A stretch of 64,000 nt of DNA from Bispira polyomma (GCA_965649765.1 OZ287748.1:73780001-73844000), one strand, 5' to 3'; positions 11,671 through 25,856 are shown, numbered from the stretch's first letter. Notes: a model not told the origin generated them from the letters alone. Made by a program: numbers and translations.

Positions 11671-14321
11671 CATGTGTGTGGCTGTATATTGTTTCTAATG
11701 GGAACCTTTACAAAGGTGCTAGTCCAAAAGACAAGGAAAAACTATGCTACACAGCCGACGGTGTTTCTGAACGATTTTTACATAAATTTGCAATTTTGTA
11801 AAAAAATATGTGAAACAGAGATGCAATTGATAACTGAAGCAAGTATTAAAACTTAGTCAACATATTTACCTGTTCTAGAAACTTTATATATTGGTTGATA
11901 TTTATCATAAAATTGCCAAATAAAGCCTGAAAGTGATCACATTTACATAGACAATGATGCTGAATCTTTTTGTATGGAGAAAAATATGTTTTACTCCACA
12001 AATTTTTTTTTATTCAGCTATACTGACCTTTCGAAAATACTGACCATTCAGAAATACAGATGTCTGTGTAGTGTCAAGCATTTGTTATGTGTCTTTGTTA
12101 ATGTTTATTCAGTCAAAAAAAATCTAGTTATAGAGAATTAACTACTACTTAGTGTTGTGTATTGTAAGGGGACAATAGTTCAATGTAAAACCTGGAAATT
12201 ATTAATATGATATAATATGAGTTGTGTAAAATCAGCGGAGATCAACATAAAAATTCATTGATAGAATGTAGTAAATATCATTTTAATTTAGATAAAAAAA
12301 TCTTACTTCTATATAAAAATGGAAGAAGTGATTTGTGTCTGAATAAAGAAACAATATATAATGCGCCTGTTTGAACAACCTTAGGCTTAGTACAGGCTGT
12401 ATAATTTTTGGGTATACAATTAATATGATATTTTGCTATCTTCTCTCTTAAAGGTTACTGTTAATTGAAGATGTCAGATGTTTTCTATTCAGTACTTGGT
12501 TCCATGTATATTTTTATTTTTGTCACTATTTTGATGGAATTTTGGGAAAGTAAATTAGAAAAAACAAAAAACCATATGTCTGATTGGCCAGGGACTGTAG
12601 TTTTCACCTCCTGGATGGGGAAAAAACTTAGCTTAATGTTGTCGTCTGGAAAATATTGTTGTAACAAATTGTTTGAAAGTATGGTTTGCATAAAATGACC
12701 AAGTGAGCCATTGGAATTTTATTTTCATTGTATGAAATATTTTTAGTTTTATTGAATCAATTAAAATTTTCATGTATAAATAATTTAATTGCTCACGAGT
12801 ATTAATTAATTAAAATAGGGCACATTAGTTCCAGGTTACATATTATTGTCTATAGAACTAAGTCAAAGTTTGATTATTTATACATATTTCTAATTGTTAT
12901 TATAATTTGCTGTGATATTGAATTGTATGGAAAATTAGTGATACTTTTTATAAAATTAATAAAATATAATATGCTAATATTTATTTTCATATTGGTGAAG
13001 ATTTACGTACCAGTAATTTTGTGTATCTTTTAAAGTTTTTATTTGTAAATGCTTAATCTGGCACCACTGTTATAATCATAAAATGGTCTGTCCAAATTAA
13101 TCTGATCCCAAATAATTTTTGTGTTTGTGTTACATATATAAACCCCTTTGTAGTGTCTTAGTGGTAACATACTCATTTTAGGTACTCGGTACTCATTTGG
13201 TACTGGGGCCTTAGAACCCTTAAGTTTTCATATCATCATTCATAATATTATAACAAACACTTTTTGAGATAATCCTGTGACAAGTACTTTTAGACCCCAC
13301 GATCATGTGAATCATTAAGTAGGTCAAAGTTTGAATCCCAACTATTTTAAATACCTCTACTCAAGCAGGAATTCCACTTGAAAGGTTAGATTTGAAAAGA
13401 AAATGTTTCGGTGGGACTGCACATTGTTCTTCACATAAAAGAAGCGGCAAGCTGCTTAATATAACATTATCGTTTCTGTCAATAGTGAAATAAAATATGT
13501 TTAAATCACATGAATGAGAATTTCACTCAACCGTGTTCAACTAAAAGGATGACAGAGATTTGCAAGGAGTTCACTTTTTTTCGTATTTTTTTAATTTACT
13601 TCAAATTAGATGCAAGTACTTTTCATACTGGGAAGTTAAATTCATTTAACCAAGGGAAAAATAAGAATGTAGGGAAATGGAACTACTAAAATGTTTGTGT
13701 ATTTTTACGTTTCACATAATATACCGGTACTGTAAGCATGATATAGCCTTTATGTCTAATTATCTCGTGGATATCTTAACTATCTTAAGTCACACAATAT
13801 CAGAACTAGCTCACCATATAAGACAACACTTTTTGAATATTAATTTCATCCCATATATTTAAAAACCTAATAATATGCACTATTTCAAGATATTTTTATT
13901 TTTAAAAGTTATAAAAACTGATAAATGGTCTTCCCCAAACGAGCTTCGGCACCCATAGTGGCTGTCCATGAGGAAGCATATTTAAAATGACCATATGCTG
14001 TATAAGTGTGCTGTAACAAATGTTATTTTTCATTTCATATCACAACTGCTAATTGATTGGTGGACAGTAGTCGGTCAAGATTTCTGAATTGCAAACGACA
14101 CTGGCCTTCAACAAGTCTACTGTCAATTTTCATGCCAGGTTCACTATTTCACCCCTGGATTGTAGAGGTGGGAGACCAAAGTGCCATCTCTACACCACTG
14201 AGGCCTCTTCCTGCTGTTGTGGGATTCCAGGCTTCAATTGACATTGTCTTGTTATAACAAGTACATGCTGAGACAAACCTTGAACTACATGCAGTTCATA
14301 TAACTGAACACAAAGGCTTGA

Positions 14322-14550
14322 GGGGGCTGCCGTGACAAAGTGGTTAGAAACGTCAGGTTTACAATGACTGGCCTCTCACAAATATGGGTTTGAATCCTGT
14401 TGGTTCCTTCATGTGCAAAAGTTTGACACATACTTGCCATAAATCGTTTAGGTTTACAGTGCTTCAGCACTGGTTTCTTCCACTCTTCATTTTGGCCATT
14501 GTGATATGACCTAAGCTGTTGAAAGTGACATAAAACCCAACTAAATTGAA
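14322..14550 (+). mobile_element. Degenerate tRNA-derived SINE
   Basis: GGGGCTGCCGTGACAAAGTGGTTAG head, GGTTTGAATCC B box, GATATGACCTAAGCTGTTGAAAGTGACATAAAACCCAA tail. Confidence 0.7.
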
Positions 14551-14982
14551 ATTCAGAGGCTTGAGGATGACCATTTTTCAGCATCCCCAAGGTTATGTAC
14601 TCTGTCACTTGGGTAGGAGTCAATGAAAAAGGACCACAAATTTTTTAAATGGTCATCCAAGCCACTATTTATCTGTCTATTATCTATCTGCAACCCAGAG
14701 GTACAATGTTATTACTGCATTCCTATGTCTTGGATTTTTGTTTTTAATTTTGTTTGTATTTCCGAACTAATCAGAGTGCATTATGTTCTCATATATGCAT
14801 ATAGGCCAAGATACTGTCTGCATAACTTGTCAAGTTAGAATTTTAAATCAAAACTATTTTTAATCTTTATTTGTATGACTTAAATATTTACTTGTAAAAA
14901 GGAAAACCTTTTATCAGCTAGAAGGGCACTAAATGGAGTGCATACCTCTGCAATGGTGGCAGAGAAAAAATGTGAAAAAAGC

Positions 14983-15320
14983 CAGTGTATAGCTCTCCTC
15001 CATAGAAGTCTGCCCAGTACTAAATGAGTTAATGAAGTCACAACTTGTCTGACAGCCTCCAGAACAGATTTCTGTCTCTTGTCCACATTTTAAGGCCTGA
15101 TTCTGTAGCACTAGTCTGTGACAGATTTTCCAGAAGTCTAGACACTCCTCACTCCTCACACAGTGCTGGTCCCTTCTGGTGGTGATCTCTCTGATGTAAT
15201 GGGAGCCACACTGGGCTCGACATTGGCTCAAGGTTACAGCCTGGTCTTGGGTTACAGCTGAGGTCATAGGTGGTAAAAGTACTAGTAGCAGAAAACTACT
15301 AGTGGCAGAAAACCGTCCAT
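14983..15320 (-). pseudogene. Paralog D: 5' fragment of the Cys-box membrane protein gene
   Basis: ATG at 15320 is out of frame with the rest (53 nt to the ATG at 15267; short duplication in the signal peptide). Homology stops after EESYTL at ~14983. Confidence 0.9.
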
Positions 15321-16973
15321 GTTATATTATCCAATACTTGATAGATATTATGAATTTTCTGGTTGGTTTCGTTACTTACTTATAGTAAAGCTTGTCACTG
15401 CCTATGCTATTCAATTCACAGGTGTTGTTCAATAGTTTAACATGTATTAATTGAGAATGTGCTTACATGCTGGAGGCAAGTTTGATAATGAACCAACTAT
15501 CTACTTGTACCCTTTATATAGCAGAGTCATCTTGCTCTTTTGTTGAATTCTCCCAATTTAAATTGAGTTTCCATTTCCCTACTCTCAACTGGTTGCTGCC
15601 TGAGTACTGATTTCTTGACATAAATAACTACTCCCCAATTTTTTGAGGGCCTCAGTATATATATAGATACTCTGTAGCAATTGTAGCTGAGTAGGAATGT
15701 GTGATTGCAATTGTGTTTGGCATCAGCTGGATCTTAATGAGGAAATAAACAGCTGTATTTAGTGGACTTATTATAATCATAATTTAAAGTTTAAAACTTG
15801 AAAATTAAAAATATTTTGCTGTAGGATATAAAAAAGAATAAATGAATGAAGTATACATATATTTAGAAATAAATTTGCACAATAAATATGTAATATTTTT
15901 GAAAAATAAAGTAAATTAATTAATGTACCGTAAGTTTTGCAATGTAATCAAGGAGGAATTTAAGATTGTACAGTTATAAAAATGTATTACCATTTTTGTG
16001 AACTATGTGGCCCAATAATATAAAATGTATATTTCTGGTGGATTTTAAAATATTTATTGTTAACTTTACTCAGGTGTATGTAGAGCTTCATTCCATGTTC
16101 AACTGTCCTACATTGGTGCCTCAATTACTTGATTGCAATAATGTGTACATTTTACCAGTTATACATCTTACCTAAAATAATGTAAAATAAAAGTGACTTC
16201 TAAGCCCATTTGGGCTGGGCAATTTTGATATAGATGTATGTATTGCCTGTCACTGTAATAAATAAATACAAATTAATAAATTATATGACCTGTTGAAAAT
16301 TACTCGGTAACTCTAACAAAATGGTAACTATTAAAGGTGTCTAATTATTGTTTTTTTGTAATTTATTGCTATAATTTAACTTATTAGATAGTTATATTTT
16401 GTAGATAAATATACTAGTCCACTAGATCAATCTGTATTAAGTGGATATCATGCTTATTTCATCTTTATATGTGCAACACAACAACTCAAAATTAAACTAG
16501 AACTCCCATTTTTGCCTACATTATTAAAGTTCCCTGAGTTATTTAAATTTAACTTCCCAGTAGGAAAAAATCCCTACTTATTTGCATTATGTAATACAGT
16601 TTATAAAAGTGAACTCCTTACAGACCTACATTATCATATTAAGAACTCAGTAAGGCTATATGTCTAATTGTAATTACTGCAAGTAATTCATGATAAAACT
16701 GACTCTCCCCACTTGCTAATTGCTGAGTAGGTATTTATGCCAAGAAGTCTGGTAATCAAATAAATAATTGCAATTACTGCTCTAACTGCTGCAATTAAAT
16801 TATAAAATAACTGTATATGTTCTCCACCCTGCTAATTGTTGAGTAGGTATCTATGTCAAGGAATCATGTACTCAGGCTAGACCCAGATGAGTAGGCAGGT
16901 AGATCTCTTGGCTGGATTGCAATCTAATATAATAAATAGCAATTGTGAATGACTTCTTCTTTTGACCTATGTG

Positions 16974-17007
16974 TATATAAAGCTGTGATCTTTGTAACTG
17001 CATCATT
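16974..17007 (+). promoter_or_regulatory. Putative TATA box plus initiator of paralog A
   Basis: TATATAAA at 16974 and TCATT at 17003, ~30 bp apart. The same arrangement is conserved upstream of paralog C. Confidence 0.55.
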
Positions 17008-17169
17008 ATCAAACTTACACTCAACTGTGACTGAACCATTACTGTTGAAATACTATATTATAAATACTTATCTGTATTGTCTACTAAAAGCACAAAGTGT
17101 ATTTATTTTATTGGAGACTTTATCATTTTTATCAAGATTGTTTGAACATAACCTTTGTTTGCAGTAAGC

Positions 17170-18396
17170 ATGGAAGGTTTTCTGCTACTAGTGGTCCTAC
17201 TTTTAGCACCTATGACCTCAACTGTAACCCAAGCCCAGGCTGTGTCCTTGAGTCAGTGTCGAGCCCAGTATGGCTCCCATTACATCAGAGAGATCACCGC
17301 TAGAAGGGACCAGCACTGTGTGAGAAGTGAGGAGTGTTTAGACTGCTGGCAAACCTGTCACCGACTAGTGCTACAGAATCAGGCCTGGAAATGTGCACAA
17401 GAGGCCGGAATCTGTTCTGGAGGCTGTCAGACCAGTTGTGACTTCATTAACTCATTGGGTGAACGGCAGACTTCTACAGAGGAGAGCTATACACTGACCA
17501 CAGAAGTGACCATGAACAACACATTCTTTGTCATTCATGTACACCTGACTACTAATGAAGATTTTGACCATGGAAGAGTTGTATATTCCTTGCTGTACAA
17601 GCACAAGACCAGTCCTGAGTGGAGATATTACTCTTCGAGTTTGGACAGTCAACTGTATGTAGTAGGAACTCACCATATGTATGATGATGTAGAGTTCAAG
17701 GTCATGGCCATGACACCAGAGGGCATTGTGGGAAGTACAGCACTAGTGCACAGTGACCTGAAGGAAGAAGTGGCCGAAAGATCAGCTGAAACAACAACTA
17801 CAACAACTACAGAGAATGTGGAAAGTCTGAGTGGTGAGGCCAGTACTGAAGAACTGACCACAGAGGAGGTCACTGAGTACACAAGTAGTGAGTACATTGA
17901 TAGTACAAGTGCACTTTATAGTACAGGTGTACTTAGTACTACAGAGACACAGGAGCAGAGTAGTAGTTCATCAGGTGAGAAGAGAGACAGTGTAGATAGA
18001 GTAGAGGAAAGCAGTAGACATACACAGACTGTAGTCATAGTTCTGACTCTACTCCTGTCTACTCTCACTGCTACTGTCCTAGTTTTGCTCTGGTTACATA
18101 TCCGACTCCTCAGAATCATAAAGAGACAGTCCAGATTTAACCAGCTCAGAAGAAACAGACCAATCTATAAAGGTGGACATCAAGGACAGACAAAGCCTCA
18201 AACCCAGAAATCTGAATGTCAAGTGATGTTACACTCTGAGCCTGATCAAATGAAGAGTTTGCCTTGTGTTTTTAGGGATACAGCAGTTGTAGTTAATATG
18301 GACTTCAGTAGAGAGGAGATGTCAGTGTGTATTGATCCACTGGGTCCTCCTAAACACTCACACTTTGATCTGAGTCTGGATATTTTTGACTGTTAA
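17170..18396 (+). CDS. Paralog A: type I membrane protein, anosmin-like Cys box, FN3-like region, S/T/E stalk, TM, cytoplasmic tail (408 aa)
   Basis: Uninterrupted ORF from ATG 17170 (the track start at 17155 is TTG, inside a pyrimidine tract/CAG). Signal peptide MEGFLLLVVLLL, C-x5-C-x2-C-x3-C and CQTSCDF, TM VVIVLTLLLSTLTATVLVLLWL, basic stop-transfer residues. Confidence 0.85.
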   Translation: MEGFLLLVVLLLAPMTSTVTQAQAVSLSQCRAQYGSHYIREITARRDQHCVRSEECLDCWQTCHRLVLQNQAWKCAQEAGICSGGCQTSCDFINSLGERQTSTEESYTLTTEVTMNNTFFVIHVHLTTNEDFDHGRVVYSLLYKHKTSPEWRYYSSSLDSQLYVVGTHHMYDDVEFKVMAMTPEGIVGSTALVHSDLKEEVAERSAETTTTTTTENVESLSGEASTEELTTEEVTEYTSSEYIDSTSALYSTGVLSTTETQEQSSSSSGEKRDSVDRVEESSRHTQTVVIVLTLLLSTLTATVLVLLWLHIRLLRIIKRQSRFNQLRRNRPIYKGGHQGQTKPQTQKSECQVMLHSEPDQMKSLPCVFRDTAVVVNMDFSREEMSVCIDPLGPPKHSHFDLSLDIFDC

Positions 18397-20046
18397 GATT
18401 AATGTTGTTATTGTTTTGTATGTAATTGTTAAGTTTTCTCTTGTCTGTGTATATATAACATTGTTATAAGTTGTATGATATACATGCATGTCTAAATTAT
18501 TGAGTTGTTTATAAGATGGTTATAAAAATATGAACTTAAAACATATTTTTTTGTCATTTCAGGACTTCAGTCTACTGTAGAAGCCAATCCAAACATTGAT
18601 TAACTGCTCCTACTTTATTTAGCTGTCCTTAGGAGGTTAAAGTTTTTGCTATACTTCAGTTTATTTGAACTAATTTGCATGAAATGTGGTGAAGGGATTG
18701 GACAGGAGTACCTTAAACTTTGGTGGGATAGCATCCTTGGGCAAGATGTGAACACAACTGACTAATATCTCCATTGGCAGATTAAATATCCTTGGGGACG
18801 TTGATAATGGTCATCCTCAAGCAAGCCTTGGTGCTTATAGTGGCTGCCCATGTGGAAGCGCATTTAAAACTGCCCTGTGTTCTATAAGTGCGCTATATCA
18901 AATGTCCTATTTCATTTCATTTACTGTAAAATACCACCAGCTTAGAGCAAGGACTGGTCAAACTATCCCACATGAAGGAAGGAAAAGTAGTGGGAGTTGA
19001 GCCCACTGTCCTCAAGAGGTGAAAAAGGCTAGTGATATTAAAACAAAAAGATACTTAATATGTCCACTAGGTCACTGCAACGGGCCGGGCCCCTTATATC
19101 TACTTATTAGCAGCTACAATAACAAAAGCTTTTTGAGGCAATTGTGTCGATATATATACAGGTTGATGGATACAGCTTCGCTTAAATAGACTGTCTTAAC
19201 AAATCGCACATTACTCAGATTTAGGAGTGTATTAAAGTAAGCAATCCTAAAATTCAAAACTGTATCTGAAAAATTCGCCACCTAGAAACTGTTGTGTTTT
19301 TGGTAGAAATATTGGGCAATATTTTGCTGAAATTGATATTCTTGTGACTATTTTTCCTTACTTACCTAAATTCCAGTTACTTTTTTGCCCAGGTTTTTAT
19401 TAAATTTGGGTAAAATTGTAAGGGGTAGTCAATTTCAAATACAGTTGCGAATTTTACGATTCCTTTCTCTTAACGTTTCTTGTTGATATATTCCAGACCC
19501 TGGTGACGGTTGTCTCTCTGTGTGTATATTGTGTATCTCTCTCCAAAGTCTATGTGTGCATTCTATAAACAAACCTCATTAATAAATGCTGTTACTGTAT
19601 GTTATAGGCTCAATAAACCTGTCCAGTAAAAAAAAACCCCAACCAATCATTTGTTTTGTTTATCCCACAAATGACACTTCAATCACCATCTAACTACAGC
19701 TTTTTAAAAAAAAACATGGAACATATGACTCCCCCTCTTTCAAAAACTAAATTTAATTGATCAAATTAAACTTGATAATGCAAAACTCAAATAAAACTAA
19801 GGCAACCTTTTGGATAAAAGCATGGGAATGTGCAAAACATCGTCTGTTGAAACTTTAAATAATAAATTTGATAAAACAATTGTCTTTGGCAAAGATCTCC
19901 TTTCAAGGAGTGAAAAATAGCTTCATGATGATAAACAGTATGGTCATCATAACAGTACAGCGACATTCTTTCTGAGAAACTGGTGTAGAACAGTATGTTG
20001 GCTAGAGGTCAAAACATAGAAAATCCTTTGTATGGTTATTTACAGA

Positions 20047-20298
20047 ATTTGAATTTGGATATTTAACGTCCACTCTAGTACCTCTTAGTAGGTTATATTG
20101 GGATGGGTAGTTGGAAACGCTGGAGGAAACACTGCAAACAGTCGGTCAAGGTTCTGCAGAGAAACCAGCGGCCCACAGTAAGGAACTACCACCTTTCCAA
20201 CATAGGCATCAACGGGATTCAAACTCACGCCGCCCAGAGGTGAGAGACCAGTGATTGTGAAGCACAATGCTTGCTAACCACTAGGTCACCGCGGCTCC
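20047..20298 (-). mobile_element. tRNA-derived SINE, full length, with 13 bp TSD
   Basis: Reverse complement of the 1712-1960 family. TSD GGTTATTTACAGA at 20034-20046 and 20299-20311. Confidence 0.92.
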
Positions 20299-22141
20299 GG
20301 TTATTTACAGATGATAAGCACATTTTACCATGTAGCTTTCTGTCATGGCAGGAACAAGACAGAAGCAATTTCAAGGTCCAGAATAAATAAATGTCAAGGT
20401 TCATTGTAGAGTAAATCATAATGCAGCATATTTAAGTCATTATACGGTCAGTTACAACATGTGGCAACATAGGGACATGCCTTCACAACTCTTGCGATTC
20501 TTTCTACAACCAAGTATAATCAAAATGTCCTGCAACAACAAACTGGTTCCTCATGTACCGAATGCAAAATGCAGTTTGATTTAAGTGTATTTTGTACTCT
20601 AACATATCAGTCTCAAAACAATTTTTTTATACATGTACTTATAACGTAGGCGAGTGTTTAGGTTCATTTTCTTTGTTTAATTGAATGTTCGTGTATTTAT
20701 TGTAAATTGTCATAATTTGTAAATCAAAATACAGTTTTCCAGTGTCATGTTCTGGCCTCCTCTCTATTTTTCACCTTGAAGTTATGACCTTGACCTTTTT
20801 CTGGACTGTTGACCTGTTTAACTGCTGGTACTAGTCTCCTAGCAAAGCTTCCACAGACAGTCTCCAATAATTTCAAAAATGCATTTCTTTTATTAACCGC
20901 TCCTTCTATTGCCATTATTAAATGATACAGAAAAAAATACTGCATCGGTATATCAGGCTTTATTGAAAAAAAAACTAGCTTTACACGTCACAGATTTTAC
21001 AAGTATATATTGGTATAAACTGTCAGAAATTTAAACTCTTTCTAGATTATTTATATACAAGTAACTCATAATATCATAGAAAGAAGTCACTTAACTGATT
21101 CAGTCTTTTGAAAAAGTCGGTTATTAAAAAATATTATAATAAATTACAACAGGCTATTATAAAAACTAATCTTGAGACATAATCAGTTTTTAACATACCC
21201 AACTTTTAACGTAGTCAATTTGATAGAACAAAATCAATGTATTAAATGTAGCTGTGATATTTTACGTTTCAACTCGCATATTGGCACAAAATTATTATCC
21301 CCCAATCCTAATACAATTTTCTAAATCAAAACTCTTTTTTCTATTTAGTCTTAGAACCAGTGTAACCTATCAGCAGACGGATCTATATTTTAATATACAT
21401 TTAGTAATCTAATAAATTTAGTAATACATTTAGTAATCTCATAAAAAAATAACATAAAATTCATTGAAACTATTTATCACAACTATTGCAATAAAAAATA
21501 AACAACATAGCACTTGGCACCTATTAGTTATCACTATAAGCTAATAATACTGTTGAAACAACAAACCAATGTTTATATGACTTTATGAAACAAAAACACT
21601 AAAATATTAATTCATGAATACTGATCATTTGTAGGAGTTATAATAGATACACATTAATAAGTTAGGACTGAACACTGTAAGTATATAAATGCACTGAACA
21701 CATACGTTGGTAGATCCTAACTGCTCACAATATTAACTTAAGTTCAATAATTTACATCTGTTTAAAAATTATTTAAAAATTTTAAAGCTATGTAAAAAGT
21801 TAAAAGTTCTATCACAAAATATTTCAGTTAAAATATCAACATAATTAAACAGAAACAAATTATTTTAGGATGGAAAAAAATAACAATATTATATGAAATT
21901 TGTTTTAAAAATAACAAAATTAAACTCTATATTCTGCAAGGTTAACAAATAATAACAGCAAATTATTAAGTTATACAACATATTAACACACAGGAAATAC
22001 ATTAAATCAGTATTAAAAATAACAAAATTACACTGTCTCTTGTAAGGATAAAAATAACAAAAAAATAACAAGATATTGAAGAATCAAGGATAAAAAAAAA
22101 AAAAAAAAAAAAAATGCAACAGTTTTTGAAGTAGGAAATAT

Positions 22142-25100
22142 TTAATCTTTGTGTTGATCTCCATGGAGACCAAATAATTCCTTCTCCATCTCCTTTATCT
22201 GTTTTAGCAGCACAGAACCTGCATCCAGACGCTCCAAGAACTCAGACTGGCTCTTCTGTGTATACGCCTTTAGTTCAGCCACCTCCTTTCTAAACTCCTC
22301 TGCCTCTGATTTCACGGCCTGAATTCCTTGCACTAGACTGGTCAGTCCAATGTGCAGACCATTGGCCAGGTGTGAGGCTCTCTGGAGTTGTAAGCACTGA
22401 TCACAGCCGGCCTTAAAGTGACCGCCGTGTTTGCTGTGGGCATCTGATCTGTACTGGTGGACAAGAAGGACCTGTGGAGGGTGCACAGAAGTAACAAGTT
22501 AATTAAAATGTAAATTTGCATTGATAAAGCACTTTCTTTCAAAGCGCTGTACACAGTTTACACCCCCCCCCCCCCCTCCCAGCCTTGGTTCTTTCACTTG
22601 TCAACAAATTGTTCAGTCTCAGCTCCCTTAAGGAAGCATATACTAGTTATGCTGCCACACACGGCACAAAAATTAACACACCCATTAGCAGCCAGGTACC
22701 TATTTATATACCTGGGTGGAGATGGATAACTTAGTGTGAAGTACCTTGTCCAAGGGTACAATCACCAGACAAACAGTCAGGATCGAACCAGGATCCTCCG
22801 ATCTTCCAAATCTAAAAGTCTGACACTATATCCCACAGAAGTAGTAATTAGTAAGTGGTGAAATGCCTAAAAAAATGACCCCAAAAATGGAGTTCCCAGG
22901 ACCTGACCATTGATAAAAAGTCTCAAAAACTTTGGTTCAATTCCTATCTTTAACATCTTTATCTAAACTGTCATATGTTGGTATACTATGTATAATATAT
23001 AAAATTATATATTAGGGGTAAAATTATATATTAGGGGTGAGCCGGTTAAAACACAGTGCAAATATATAAATTTGGAAGAGGGTGAATATGTTCCTAAAAT
23101 TAAATATTCAGAAAACATAAGTTTGGAGATAACAGAGGTTCTACTGTATATATATATATATATACAGGGGTCAACAAAAGTCACTTACCAAGACAATCAC
23201 TGCAATGGCTAGTAGGAGTGCAACAAGATATCCAGCAGCTCCAGATTCTACAGTAATAAACATCCAGCTCCAGGCTTCAGCAAATTCTGCCAGCTGACTG
23301 AATCCAATCAATACCAGATTATACAGCTTGTTAAAGCATGCCATTGATGCCTCAAAGCCACACTTCAGAGCAGACAAGACTCCACCAATGACAAGACCAA
23401 GAACAGCAACCAGAGCAGGTAACATATCGGCATGGTGAATGGTTGTATACCCGGCTGTAGATAAGACATCCATGATGTGAGTAGCCTTCTGGAGGAGATC
23501 CTTGCTAAAGTGATCATCATTGAATGTGGCAGCCACAACTTTGTTTTCTTCTTCCTCAGAAATAGTCACCTCGCATACCCTCATCCTCTGTTTGTGGGTT
23601 TCATGAACTGGGCTGTTGTTGTTACCCATGACAGCATCAAAGCCAAAGCTAAGGCCATCTGTGACAAGCAGGAAGCCATCAGAGAAGATAGATTTTCCAG
23701 TGGCCATGAGGTCCTTCATATCTTCTGCCATAACTGCAGAAGAACTTCGTACAATGGTCACCAATCCTTTAGCAACATCTATGGCAGCTACAATAAGACA
23801 AAAAGAAATGTTTAGCTAAAGTTATATTTACTACTGCATATCTTAATTAACATTAAAGGGTAATTTACTATAACTTCTGCATGGGTAGCTCTGGCTTCAG
23901 TCTACCCTTGGCCTCGGCCATTAAGAAATTTACTTCGTACTGATTTTACACGGGCAGTCGAGGCCAAGGGTAGGCCAAAAGCTAGCACCACCCATGTACT
24001 AGTCACTCTTAGATATAAATGTACATATAAACTTATATTACTGGTTATTTAAACACAGAATATAGTCTTGTACACACTTTAAAAAAAAAATAAATAAATA
24101 ATTTACGGGACAACATTAACGTTTCCAGATAAAGGACACACCACTTCATAACAAAATTTAGTATTACTTAGTTATCTTCAGACCTGACATGCCACTTTTG
24201 TCAGAATTCATAACTCACTTTCCGAGTTCTGTTATTTACACAAGCAAATATGTATTGTAGATTAGAAGTTTATCAAATTGAAAAATCAAAGCTTTTAGGA
24301 TTGATCACACATTGTAGAAGTATTAAGGTGTTGACATATTTAACACATACCAGAAATGTATGTTCTGTCGCCCTGGTTGTATTCTTTGACTGAGTACATT
24401 GTACCAGCATGGCTAAGGCCGTCATACATGGGAAATCCACAGCCTGGCAATACCAGGTCACCCTGCATGACAACATCACAGCCCTTAAAACAATAAAGTG
24501 AAGAGTTCATATGTTATTTATTTTATTTTAAGCAGCATTCAACTATCATCATTTGATATAAATTGAAGTATACAGTATAGAACATATATATATATATATA
24601 TCTAATCTAATCTAGTCGTACTTTTATAGTGCTTAATCTTTGTACAACAAATTCTAAGGCGCAACAAACCCAAAACGTTAATCGAAAATCAAAAATAGTG
24701 GGCGGATGGAAGTCATAACCAGGGAGACTACCGTAAATGGTTGCGACGGCTAAGGTGGAAAAGCCTGTTCAAAAAGATAGGCCTTCAGCTTACTCCTGAA
24801 AGAGGAGAAAGTTTGAGCCAGGCGAACATGACCAGGTAGGCTGTTCCAAATGAGGGGGCCATCATGAGCTAGGCAGTGATTGAACTGAACTTTGGATTTG
24901 TGGATGCGAGGGTCGAAAGTGGGAATGTTAAGGTATAATCTATCAGGGTTACTGCGCCTTGTCCTGACTGAGCATGTATATTTGGACAGATGGGGGCTAA
25001 AATAAGTGGGTAATCCAGAAATTTATATATTATTGTTGCTGTTTTGAAAGCAACACGATATTTTATTGGGAGCCAGTGCAATGACTTGAGTACAGGAGTA

Positions 25101-25856
25101 ATGTGGGAAAATTTAAAAGTTTTGGTCACAATACGTGCCAACGAGTGTTGGATATTCTGAAGGCGTCTGAGATGACTACGATATAAGGAACGTATATATA
25201 TATATGGGAGAGCAAGATTTATTCTGATAACATGAGGCCTATAAAATAGTATCAACAATGGGAGAATTTAAATTTGGTCAACTGTAAAACAATTTTACAA
25301 AATTGAGGTCTAAATAATATACATTCTATGGTGCACCAGCTAGGGTTTTTTTGTTGTGGCATTTACGTTTTCATAGTAGACATAAATTAAGCAGCAATAT
25401 ATGGTCTTTAAATCACATGTACGTTGTAGAACTTAGTAAAATATAAACTTTTGTTGTGTTTATTAAATGTGCTGTATCACAGTAATCTTGCCTAATTATA
25501 CTTTGTTGTTTTCACATAAAACTCTCCTAAAAAAAGTCTACGTTTGTGAAAACCTCAACTAAAAAGTCTACGTATACCACGAAAACGTAAGTGCCACGAA
25601 AACGCCATAAACAACCACAACCAGGATCCATTATGTTGACGTTTTCGTCACACTAAAATATTTGTTTGAAAACACAAACCTTCAGTTTTTCATCTGTTTG
25701 CACATATCTGTACTGAGACTTCAGTAGCAATACAAACAGGAAAAGTATTACACCAACGTGTAATATCTTGTGTAATATCTTCCGATACTTCAGCTTCTCT
25801 ATCTGCTTCATTATCTTCTGACGCTTCTGCTTACGTATCTTCCAACGCTTCATCAT
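22142..25856 (-). CDS. Uncharacterised 4-exon membrane protein with C-terminal coiled coil, copy 1 (~412 aa)
   Basis: Exons 25856-25680, 24483-24351, 23787-23189, 22471-22142. GT-AG introns with compatible phases 0,1,0 and no internal stop. Alternative in-frame ATG at 25961. Confidence 0.72.
22660..22835 (-). mobile_element. Degenerate SINE fragment (conserved-core type)
   Basis: CCAGGTACCTATTTATATACCTGGGTGGAGA...CTTGTCCAAGG...GGATCGAACC (reverse B box). Confidence 0.6.
23880..23996. mobile_element. Small foldback element/MITE in intron 2 of the orphan gene
   Basis: CATGGGT...CTACCCTTGGCCTCG pairs with CGAGGCCAAGGGTAG...ACCCATG. Confidence 0.65.
24600..25190 (-). mobile_element. 5'-truncated L2-type LINE 3' end inserted in a (TA)n tract
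   Basis: RRLQNIQHSLARIVT...[26 protein letters not shown] tail, (TA)n on both sides. Confidence 0.9.

Noticed and set aside
17155-17169. N-terminal extension MFAVS on A and B
   Set aside because: The track starts at TTG within a pyrimidine tract; the ATG shared with C and D gives a normal signal peptide.
19860-20620. Possible degraded coding sequence interrupted by the SINE
   Set aside because: After removing the SINE all frames still contain stops and no family is recognisable.
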